Shown here in pieces: positions 19,821-27,059 of a DNA stretch of 64,000 nucleotides (its first letter is position 1; each line of letters begins with the position of its first letter). The DNA comes from Parcubacteria group bacterium GW2011_GWC2_42_12. GTDB taxonomy: Bacteria; Patescibacteriota; Patescibacteriia; Patescibacteriales; GWC2-42-12. The translations under genes were made by a program, and so were the position numbers. Below the pieces are notes generated by a model. The model did not search any database. It saw only the letters and a program-made list of their open reading frames with translations, and was not told the origin of the DNA. The stretch covers positions 14,284 to 78,283 of the forward strand of contig LCCP01000002.1 in assembly GCA_000997945.1 (NCBI GenBank), written 5' to 3'.

Positions 19821-19913
19821 GTGGTAGGTATTTCCCGGTGGCCCGGGACACTGATTGATACCCAGCTGATGCTCTTACGGGCATGGGGTTCGATTCCTCT
19901 GCCTACCGCGCCA
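19821..19913 (+). tRNA. Non-canonical tRNA-Sec/allo-tRNA-like RNA with GAT at the anticodon position
   Basis: Acceptor GTGGTAGGTA/TGCCTACCGC; D arm TCCCGG-TGGC-CCGGGA; CTG/CAG around a TTGATAC loop; V arm ATGCTC-TTAC-GGGCAT; T arm GGGG-TTCGATT-CCTC; G-CCA end. Confidence 0.75.
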
Positions 19914-19945
19914 AAGCCATCTCAATCCGAGGTGGTTTTTGGTTT
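19913..19945 (+). terminator. Intrinsic terminator after the tRNA-like gene
   Basis: AAAGCCATCTC-aatcc-GAGGTGGTTTT-T. Confidence 0.75.
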
Positions 19946-19960
19946 GCCAAAATTTTAAAA

Positions 19961-20122
19961 TTACATTAAATCGGCTAACGATTTTAATTTATAAACTTTT
20001 CCTTCTTTATAATCCCTTTCCGCTCTTTTTATCATTTTCAATAGATCTTCAGCCGAAATTAATTCATCATTCGCCTCTGATAATGGCAGAGAATTATTTT
20101 TTTTTAATTTTTTCTTTGTCAT
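19961..20122 (-). CDS. 53-aa orphan antitoxin-like protein
   Basis: MTKKKLKKNNSLPLSEANDELISAEDLLKMIKRAERDYKEGKVYKLKSLADLM*; the A..DY..GK...L.SL.DL tail resembles RelB-like antitoxins; TTGACA on the minus strand at ~20190. Confidence 0.55.
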   Translation of the reverse strand: MTKKKLKKNNSLPLSEANDELISAEDLLKMIKRAERDYKEGKVYKLKSLADLM

Positions 20123-20266
20123 TTTTGTGGTCGATGAGGGACATAATAATCCCTTATATAATAGTAATATTGTATACAGCTGTATTACAATGTCAAGGTG
20201 GTGAAGAAGAGCGGGTTATTTTCGCATATATTTACAATGATTATTGTAAATATTTACAATAAAATA

Positions 20267-20388
20267 TTAAGCCCGCTCGCGCGCCAGAAAAACTTTATGT
20301 TTATTTAAAATATCAAATTTTTGCCTTGCCTCGCTGTAGCTTCGGCGAAGCGGGTCGTAGCTTCGGCGTATTTGATAAAGTAGAACAT
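20267..20388 (-). pseudogene. 5' fragment (copy 3) of the DUF4258-like gene, interrupted by a palindromic repeat
   Basis: ATGTTCTACTTTATCAAATACGCCGA-[AGCTACGACCCGCTTCGCCGAAGCTACAGCGAGGCAAG]-GCAAAAATTTGATATTTTAAATAAACATAAAG. Confidence 0.75.
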
Positions 20389-20389
20389 A

Positions 20390-21331
20390 TTATTTTGTTG
20401 CACATTTATAACCAGAACCAATGCTTTGACATTCACCATTAGGCATATAGCTTGGAGTGACAGGAGAAGTGTTGAGTTTTTTGCAATCATCCAGAGACAA
20501 ATTTATTTTAGCAATACAATCTTTCCAATAATTGTTACTGAAACTCGTATAAAAATTATAAAGACAGCATGGCGTAGGATTAGGATCTGCTTTTACTTCG
20601 CAGAAATAGCCCCCGCTTAATTCCTGTTTACATATGCCATACTCTGTATATTTTCCATTAAGGGTTTTTTCACAATAAGTTGGTGAAAAATTTGCTTTAT
20701 CATCGCAAGACCTCCGACCGCTTCCAACATAATTCCAAGCACAGCATGACACCGCAGGACATACTCCTCCCTTTATAAAATTACCAGCCTTTTTATCACA
20801 AGCCTCTTCGCTAAGAACAATTTCGCAAATAGATGTTTCTGGCGAATTCCGGTATGTGCAGCTCCCGTTAACCTGTTCCGCCACCCCTGGTATTTTGGTA
20901 ATCTGTAAATTTACCAGCGCCGGATTAACCGTGCTTAAGATTAAATAAGAGGTTAGGGCCAGAACCAGGCCGGTCAGGGCGGCGCCGATATAGGCCTTGG
21001 CTTCGCCGATTTGCGTGGCGTTGCCGCCGGCCACGATCCAGAGCACGCCGCCGACCATTAAGACCACGGCGGCTAAGATACCGATAATGCCGATGGCGTA
21101 GTTGTAAATCGCCCTAATGTATTTAGCAATCGGCGCAGTAGAGTCGTTTGGATCGAATTTATAACTGCCGCCCGGCGCAAAGTCCTTTTCTGCGCCAGGT
21201 ATGCCGACTTGTGGTTTAAATTCAATCGCCTGACTGGCGACCGGCGCGGCTAATAAGAAAAAGACAAAGATCATTTGTAAAATAAATACGGTCAGAAAGA
21301 AGATGGTTAGAATTTTGGGGAAAGATTTCAT
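20390..21331 (-). CDS. CPR-type T4SS (TrbC/VirB2-like) pilin-domain protein with Cys-rich C-terminus
   Basis: Signal peptide, YAIGIIGILAAVVLMVGGVLWIVAGGN...AKAYIGAALTGLVL...NPAL, then repeated CC/C modules. Confidence 0.8.
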   Translation of the reverse strand: MKSFPKILTIFFLTVFILQMIFVFFLLAAPVASQAIEFKPQVGIPGAEKDFAPGGSYKFDPNDSTAPIAKYIRAIYNYAIGIIGILAAVVLMVGGVLWIVAGGNATQIGEAKAYIGAALTGLVLALTSYLILSTVNPALVNLQITKIPGVAEQVNGSCTYRNSPETSICEIVLSEEACDKKAGNFIKGGVCPAVSCCAWNYVGSGRRSCDDKANFSPTYCEKTLNGKYTEYGICKQELSGGYFCEVKADPNPTPCCLYNFYTSFSNNYWKDCIAKINLSLDDCKKLNTSPVTPSYMPNGECQSIGSGYKCATK

Positions 21332-21344
21332 AAAATTTTATACT

Positions 21345-21500
21345 GTCATTGCGAACGACCGTTTATTTTTGTCATTCCCGCGAAGGCGGGAATCCAGATT
21401 AATTTTCGTTTTATCTTTCTGGATCCCCGGGTCTCGCTGGCGCTCGCCCGAGGATGACAGGAGAGGAGATTGCTTCGTCGCTGCTGCTCCTCGCAATGAC
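21345..21500. repeat. GTCATTGCGAG element containing a nested GTCATTCCCGCGAAGGCGGGAATCCAG element
   Basis: Inner arms GTCATTCCCGCGAAGGCGGGAATCCAG ... CTGGATCCCCGGG...CGAGGATGAC (21371-21458). Confidence 0.8.
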
Positions 21501-21509
21501 AAGAGGTTA

Positions 21510-22826
21510 TTATTTTCCAACGAATGTAGCTTGGTCACTTTTTTTGCCGGTCTGTTTAATTATTTTTTTAATTATTTCTTTGGTAATATCGCGTCCGCCT
21601 AGGCCGACGATGAAACTGGAAATATTGGCATTGGTCTGGCCTTGAGCCACGGCTTTAATGTCCGAAGCTAACGGACCAATATGGCCTAGAGAAATGGATT
21701 TATCTATAACCGCGACATTTTTAGCTGGTTTGATAATTTTTAGAATTTGTTCGGCCGGGAAGGGGCGGAAACATTTGATTTTTAGGATGCCAACGCCACC
21801 GATCCTTCTATTAGAGAACAAACCCCCCTCGCTCCCCTTGTCAGGGGGGAAGTTGCTAACCGTGTCTTTAATAGTGCCGATGACCGAACCCATAGCCACT
21901 AGTATAGTGTCGGGATTTTTTGGACCGGTATATTCCAGCCAGCCGTTATCAACTGTTATCAAATCTTTACTAGAATTTTTAATTTTGTCCCCCTTCGCTA
22001 ACGCTGCGGAGGATAAATAATTTTTAATTTTTAATGAAGGAAAAATTTTATGAAAAGCTTTATATTCCTGGTCAATAGTTTTTAGGCTGGCGATTAAGTC
22101 TTCATGCAATTCTTGCCTGATTTCCATATAATGGGCGGGCGCGGCTAAGGGGCCCATGGTGATGGGATTAGCCGGATCAAGGAAGGTTCCGGGCGCAGGC
22201 GCGTAATCTGGCAGGTATTTTTTTATCTGTTCGGCCGAGGGGATAATCACCGGTTCATACGAATGGGTCATAATATAACCGTCAACATTCACCATGACCG
22301 GCAGCTTAAGTCGCTCGGCAATTTTAAAGGCCATGATATGCTGGCTAACCGCTTCCTGGTGGTTTTCCGCGAACAAGAGAATCCAGCCGGCGTCTCTTAC
22401 TGCCATCACATCTTGCTGATCATTCCAAATATTGATTGGAGCTGACACGGCGCGGTTAGCGCAAGTTATGACCACGGGTAGACGCAGGCCGGCGATATTA
22501 AAAATTACCTCAATCATAAGCAAGAGCCCTTGCGAGCTGGTGGCGCTATAGGTTCGCACGCCAGTGGCGCTGGCGCCCAAAATAATAGAAGCGGCCGCAA
22601 ATTCTGATTCAGCCCGAACATATTCGTAGTCGGCCTGACCCCGCCCACCTCGCGAGCGAAACGTCGCGGGCGCGGCGTCGGCTTTAAATTGGGCCAGGTC
22701 TTCAACAATATGCGTTTGCGGCGTAATCGGGTAAGCGGAAATAACCGCCGGGGCGATATTTTTTACGGTTAGAGCGATGGCCCGGGAACCTTCTAACATC
22801 TGTTGTTTATTATTTTTGTTATTCAT
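21510..22826 (-). CDS. porA: Pyruvate:ferredoxin oxidoreductase alpha subunit
   Basis: YPITPQT, ESEFAA, TSSQGL, GLGGRD motifs. Confidence 0.93.
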   Translation of the reverse strand: MNNKNNKQQMLEGSRAIALTVKNIAPAVISAYPITPQTHIVEDLAQFKADAAPATFRSRGGRGQADYEYVRAESEFAAASIILGASATGVRTYSATSSQGLLLMIEVIFNIAGLRLPVVITCANRAVSAPINIWNDQQDVMAVRDAGWILLFAENHQEAVSQHIMAFKIAERLKLPVMVNVDGYIMTHSYEPVIIPSAEQIKKYLPDYAPAPGTFLDPANPITMGPLAAPAHYMEIRQELHEDLIASLKTIDQEYKAFHKIFPSLKIKNYLSSAALAKGDKIKNSSKDLITVDNGWLEYTGPKNPDTILVAMGSVIGTIKDTVSNFPPDKGSEGGLFSNRRIGGVGILKIKCFRPFPAEQILKIIKPAKNVAVIDKSISLGHIGPLASDIKAVAQGQTNANISSFIVGLGGRDITKEIIKKIIKQTGKKSDQATFVGK

Positions 22827-22837
22827 AAATATGATAT

Positions 22838-23027
22838 GTCATTGCGAGCGACCGAAGGGAGCGAAGTCATCGCTACGCGAGATCTGGCGTAGCCATGACA
22901 ATCTCACGAACAATGTGTATAGAAAATTATATTAAATGGTATGTTTAGTGGCTATTCGTCATGTCTGAGATTGCCTGCCTACCGGTAGGCAGGCTTCGTC
23001 GCTCGAGTACGAGCTCCTCGCAATGAC
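22838..23027. repeat. GTCATTGCGAG-family element with two nested palindromes
   Basis: Arms as above plus GCTACGCGAGATCTGGCGTAGC and CCTGCCTACCGGTAGGCAGG insertions. Confidence 0.85.
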
Positions 23028-23036
23028 AGTAAGAAT

Positions 23037-23309
23037 TCACTTCTGATCTAATTCCATCACAATCGCCTTGAACGGGCAGACCTCGGCGCATAAACTGCAG
23101 CCCTTGCAGTAGTTAAAGTCGCAGTCATAAGGCAATTTGCCCAAGGAATTTATTTTGTCAATTTGCTTAATTATGCCTTCCGGGCAGACGCGCGGGCAGA
23201 TGCCGCAAGCCGTGCATTTATCATATAAAAATTTTGGCTTTAAAGTGCGCCAGGAGCCGGTTTTATTATTCATCGTCGTTTTAGGTTTTACGGTAATTGG
23301 TATTTTCAT
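23037..23309 (-). CDS. porD: Pyruvate:ferredoxin oxidoreductase delta subunit (2x4Fe-4S)
   Basis: KTGSWR, CTACGICPRVCP and CKGCSLCAEVCP. Confidence 0.92.
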   Translation of the reverse strand: MKIPITVKPKTTMNNKTGSWRTLKPKFLYDKCTACGICPRVCPEGIIKQIDKINSLGKLPYDCDFNYCKGCSLCAEVCPFKAIVMELDQK

Positions 23310-23324
23310 AACTTATGCTTTTTT

Positions 23325-23366
23325 GTCATTGCGAGCTCCGACCAAGGCGTCGGAGCTCGCAATGAC
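23325..23366. repeat. Collapsed GTCATTGCGAG element (single hairpin)
   Basis: GTCATTGCGAGCTCCGAC-caaggc-GTCGGAGCTCGCAATGAC. Confidence 0.85.
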
Positions 23367-23376
23367 GGTAAAAAAT

Positions 23377-23916
23377 TCAAATTTTATATGCTCGCTCTAT
23401 GGCCCTAATGTTTTTAGCTATTAATTCATTATGTCCGGCAAATTTTTCTTCAATCGCTTCGGTCAGTGATTTCAAGCTGATTAGTCCGGTAGCTTTGGCG
23501 AAACTGCCAAGGATAACCGTATTAACAATATTCTTGCCGATAATTTCCAAAGCGATCTTAGTCGCGTCAATGGTATGGATATTATTTAGCGGGAAATTTA
23601 TTTTTAGTTCAGCCTTGGTTTTGGCCGTGTTAATTATAATTATGGTTTTTTTATCTACGCCCTTAGCAACTTCCGGAGTTTCTAGCAAAGTGGGATCCTG
23701 AATAATTAAAATATCCGGCCGATAAATCTGCTGCCTCGTTATGATTGGTTGATCATCAATTCTGGCAAATGATTCTACCGGAGCGCCAGTCCTTTCCGCG
23801 CCGAAAGAAGGAAAGGCCTGGGCCTCTCTCCCGCCCTTAAAAGCGGCGGTGGCAATTAATTCCGCGGCGGTTACCACGCCTTGGCCGCCGCGGCCGTGAA
23901 TTCGTATTTCAATCAT
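23377..23916 (-). CDS. porC: Pyruvate:ferredoxin oxidoreductase gamma subunit
   Basis: EIRIHGRGGQG, AFPSFGAERTGAPV, NTVILG. Confidence 0.92.
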   Translation of the reverse strand: MIEIRIHGRGGQGVVTAAELIATAAFKGGREAQAFPSFGAERTGAPVESFARIDDQPIITRQQIYRPDILIIQDPTLLETPEVAKGVDKKTIIIINTAKTKAELKINFPLNNIHTIDATKIALEIIGKNIVNTVILGSFAKATGLISLKSLTEAIEEKFAGHNELIAKNIRAIERAYKI

Positions 23917-23975
23917 AAAAAATGTAAAATTAAAATCTCAAAATGTAAAATGACAATGCAAAATTATCTATTATT

Positions 23976-24156
23976 GTCATTGCGAGCCGCCTTTGTACTC
24001 AAGGCGGCGAAGCAATCTCTGGTTAGAAGCGCTTTACCAGTCTAAGGATAAATCTCTCTGAGCAAAATTAATTTTGTTGATTAAGGCTATTTTGTTTTTG
24101 TTTATTTTTTCTTTCTTACCAGAGATTGCTTCGTCGCTGTCGCTCCTCGCAACGAC
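23976..24156. repeat. GTCATTGCGAG-family element with GIY-YIG remnant spacer
   Basis: Minus-strand spacer reads NKNKIALINKINFAQRDLSLDW*. Confidence 0.85.
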
Positions 24157-24165
24157 CATCGTCGT

Positions 24166-24864
24166 TTATTTTCTAAGCTGTTCTATTATTTGTATAAAGA
24201 CATCAAGCGGAACATCGCCGGCTAGCTTATAGCCGTTAATAAAATAGGTCGGCGTGCCGGCGATGCCGAAATTTTGCCCGTCGGACAGATCCTTCTGAAT
24301 TTGGGGAAGATATTTTTTTTGGTTCAGACAATTTTTAAACTTAACTTGGTCGGCGCCGATTTGGTTGGCTAAAGCATTGAGCTCATCGGCCTGGACGGCC
24401 TTATTATCCGTCTGACCCACGCCTTGGTTTTGAAATAATTTGTCATGCATGGGCCAGAATAAGCCCTGCTCGCCCGCGCAGCGTCCGGCTAAAGCCAGAG
24501 TAGCTGAATAATCGGAAACTACCGGGTAATCTCGCCAGATGAATTTTATATCATTTTTGTATTTTAAGCTAATCTCCCTAACGGTAGGAAACGATTGCAA
24601 GCAAACCGGACAAGCAAAGTCGCCGAATTCCACGATGGTGATTTTGGCGTTAGTTGAACCAAGCCAATAACTATTGCTGGCCGCGGCCGGATATTGCTCA
24701 CCAGTTAATTCCCGTCCGGCCTGGCTAAGTTTAAGTTTAGCATTTCTTATTTCACCCAGAAAGTAAAAAGCGCTCGCCGCCAGGAAAAATAAAACTATGG
24801 CCAGGATTATGATTATTAAGACGCCCCACCATTTCCTATACCAAATTTTATTTGAATATTCCAT
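24166..24864 (-). CDS. Membrane-anchored DsbA-family thiol-disulfide oxidoreductase
   Basis: N-terminal TM, EFGDFACPVC, GTPTYFING. Confidence 0.9.
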   Translation of the reverse strand: MEYSNKIWYRKWWGVLIIIILAIVLFFLAASAFYFLGEIRNAKLKLSQAGRELTGEQYPAAASNSYWLGSTNAKITIVEFGDFACPVCLQSFPTVREISLKYKNDIKFIWRDYPVVSDYSATLALAGRCAGEQGLFWPMHDKLFQNQGVGQTDNKAVQADELNALANQIGADQVKFKNCLNQKKYLPQIQKDLSDGQNFGIAGTPTYFINGYKLAGDVPLDVFIQIIEQLRK

Positions 24865-24940
24865 TGATATTTTCTTAAATTAGTTTTACTATATGAGAGT
24901 AAGCTAAATTCTTGGATATGAATATTATAACATTTATTTT

Positions 24941-25075
24941 ATGAATAAACAAAATTTGGTTGATCTGGATCTGGAAATAGAAAAACGGCTTAAAAAGCGG
25001 GAAAAAAGAAAAAGACAACGGATGAAAGTTAGCGGCGCTATGGTTAAAGAATTGCAAAAGATGATAATGAGATAA
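24941..25075 (+). CDS. Small basic hypothetical protein (44 aa)
   Basis: MNKQNLVDLDLEIEKRLKKREKRKRQRMKVSGAMVKELQKMIMR*; below the ORF-track cutoff, divergent from dsbA. Confidence 0.55.
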   Translation: MNKQNLVDLDLEIEKRLKKREKRKRQRMKVSGAMVKELQKMIMR

Positions 25076-25260
25076 TTTTATTGTCTCGCTACGCGAGATC
25101 TGGCGTAGCCATGACAAAATAATCACAAAGTTGTATAATTAAATCACGCCTCAAGGCGCAAGCTAATTATTTAATTAATTTTTTCCGCTTAAAGAGCGGA
25201 TCCGCCTCGGGCGGAAATCAAACCTACCTGCCGGCAGGCAGGCCAGAAATCAAAAAAAGT

Positions 25261-25905
25261 ATGTTCACACCAAAGAAAATGTTCTTAACCAAAGGAGTCG
25301 GCGTTCATAAAGACCGGCTGGCGTCTTTTGAGCTGGCTCTTAGGGACGCTGGCATTGAGAAACATAATTTAGTGACCGTTTCCAGCATCATGCCGCCTAA
25401 TTGCCATATTACTTCTAAGGAAAAAGGCGAAAAAATGCTCTATCCCGGACAAATTGTTTTTTGCGTTCTGGCCAGAAGCGAGACTAACGAGCCCAACCGG
25501 TTAATTTCCGCCGCCATCGGCTTAGCCAGGCCGAGCGATCATAATAATTATGGCTATTTGTCCGAGCATCATGCTTTCGGCGAGGTGGCGAAAAAAAGCG
25601 GCGAGTACGCCGAGGACCTGGCCGCCACTATGTTGGCCACGACCTTAGGCATTGAATTTGATTCAGCCAAGGCCTGGGAAGAAAGAGAGCAGATTTATAA
25701 AGCTAGCGGCAACATTATTAATACTTGCAATATTTGCCAATCGGCCGAAGGCAATAAAGACGGCCTGTGGACTTCGGTAATCGCGGTGGCGGTTTTTTGC
25801 GAGTACAGCATGCATAAAGACGTGATCGCGCCGATTATAAAAGACGAGATGCAAAATAAGGATAGCGGCGACGATAAATCTGATGGTCCGGCCGGCAAAA
25901 TATAA
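25261..25905 (+). CDS. pdaD: Pyruvoyl-dependent arginine decarboxylase
   Basis: [25 protein letters not shown] (Ser-Ser self-cleavage site), GYLSEHH. Confidence 0.88.
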   Translation: MFTPKKMFLTKGVGVHKDRLASFELALRDAGIEKHNLVTVSSIMPPNCHITSKEKGEKMLYPGQIVFCVLARSETNEPNRLISAAIGLARPSDHNNYGYLSEHHAFGEVAKKSGEYAEDLAATMLATTLGIEFDSAKAWEEREQIYKASGNIINTCNICQSAEGNKDGLWTSVIAVAVFCEYSMHKDVIAPIIKDEMQNKDSGDDKSDGPAGKI

Positions 25906-25944
25906 TAATTTATTAGCGTGATTAGAACGGGCTTAGTTCTTTAG

Positions 25945-26102
25945 GAGCCTATCTTAAAAATAATCTCTGGTTCATTTTCGGTCTTTTTTGGCTGCAAAGT
26001 TAAAAAATTTCGTCGGTATAATTTATTATGCCTCCTCAATTTTTTAACTTTTCGCTCAAAAAATCTTCGAAAATGACCTAGAGCTATTTTTAAGATAGAC
26101 TC
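25945..26102. mobile_element. 158-bp palindromic MITE with TAG target duplication
   Basis: TIRs GAGCCTATCTTAAAAATA / TATTTTTAAGATAGACTC flanked by TAG on both sides; self-complementary interior. Confidence 0.75.
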
Positions 26103-26130
26103 TAGGATTAAGTCCGTTTTAAAAAGATAT

Positions 26131-26574
26131 ATGGCTTTAGAAAAATATCAGGCCAAAAGAAAATTTGATAAAACCTCCGAGCCCAAGGGCGAAGTTAAGA
26201 AAAAAAGCTTGTCGCGTTTTGTGGTGCAGAAACATCAGGCCAGCCACCTGCATTATGATTTTCGGCTGGAGCATGAAGGCGTGTTAAAATCCTGGGCCGT
26301 GCCTAAGGGTGTGCCAGAGCAGCCGGGAATTAAACGATTGGCCGTGGAAGTGGAAGATCATCCGGTGGAGTATATAAATTTTTCCGGCCGTATACCAGAA
26401 GGCGAATATGGCGCCGGCACCGTGGAAATTTGGGACAAAGGCAAGTGGCAAAAGTTAGGCGGCATCCTGGAACGAGGCAGTATGAAATTTAATTTAATTG
26501 GCAAGAAATTGAATGGAGATTATGTTTTAGTTAGGATGAAAGACAAAAAGAATTGGTTGATTTATAAAAAATAG
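26131..26574 (+). CDS. Stand-alone LigD 3'-phosphoesterase domain protein
   Basis: Y..KR.F..T.EP, FVVQKHQASHLHYDFRLE, SWAVPKG, VEDHP, YGAGTVEIWDKG. Confidence 0.9.
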   Translation: MALEKYQAKRKFDKTSEPKGEVKKKSLSRFVVQKHQASHLHYDFRLEHEGVLKSWAVPKGVPEQPGIKRLAVEVEDHPVEYINFSGRIPEGEYGAGTVEIWDKGKWQKLGGILERGSMKFNLIGKKLNGDYVLVRMKDKKNWLIYKK

Positions 26575-26576
26575 TT

Positions 26577-27016
26577 TTCCCCCTGACAAGGGGGAGCTAG
26601 AGGGGGTTTTGTGAAAAGAAGCAAAAATTTAAAATATTTGCCTTATAATTCTGAACTAAAAGAAAAAGCTCGAGATTTGAGAAAAAATATGACTATTGCA
26701 GAAAAGAAACTTTGGCGAGAGTTTTTAAAAAGTCATAAATATAAGTTTACTCGCCAGAAGCCGATTGATAATTATATTGTTGATTTCTATTGCTCAGAAT
26801 TAGGTTTAATTGTTGAAGTTGATGGTACGACTCATTTGGATGATAAAGATATTTTATATGACAAGAAACGGACCATTAATTTAGCAAAATATGGATTAAA
26901 GATTTTACGTTTTTGGAATGATGATATATTAAGCGGGATGTATGTTGTGGGAGAAATAATTAATTGCGAAATAAATAAGATAACCCACCCCAACCCTCCC
27001 TTGTCAGGGAGGGGGT
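26577..27016 (+). mobile_element. DUF559 gene bracketed by inverted palindromic repeats
   Basis: Left TTCCCCCTGACAAGGGGGAGCTAGAGGGGGT; right ACCCACCCCAACCCTCCCTTGTCAGGGAGGGG. Confidence 0.65.
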
Positions 27017-27018
27017 AA
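26611..27018 (+). CDS. DUF559 (Vsr-like) endonuclease
   Basis: ARDLRKNMTIAEKKLW, FTRQKPI, YIVDFYC, EVDG..H, ILRFWN. Confidence 0.9.
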   Translation: MKRSKNLKYLPYNSELKEKARDLRKNMTIAEKKLWREFLKSHKYKFTRQKPIDNYIVDFYCSELGLIVEVDGTTHLDDKDILYDKKRTINLAKYGLKILRFWNDDILSGMYVVGEIINCEINKITHPNPPLSGRG

Positions 27019-27059
27019 TAGTTGCCTTTTCGCCAATTTTAGGATAAAATAGGTTTATT

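Noticed and set aside
19821-19913. Canonical tRNA-Sec (selC) or ordinary tRNA-Ile(GAU)
   Set aside because: The anticodon is not TCA, and the long variable arm, 6-bp D stem and 4-bp T stem do not fit tRNA-Ile; kept as a non-canonical tRNA-like RNA
19720-19913. Permuted two-piece tmRNA or 6S RNA
   Set aside because: No G3-U70 pair and no tag ORF; an internal terminator and a full D arm argue against both
19939-20262. 107-aa + strand ORF
   Set aside because: Shadow of the minus-strand 53-aa gene and operator region; no recognisable motif
21303-21645. Short ORFs built from repeat arms (also 17716, 24875, 38552, 41471, 46482, and the 5' extensions at 18066 and 48613)
   Set aside because: Translations such as SLRGAAATKQS and RLLRR are repeat-derived artefacts
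26131-26574. Complete NHEJ system
   Set aside because: Only the phosphoesterase domain is present; no Ku or ligase in the window
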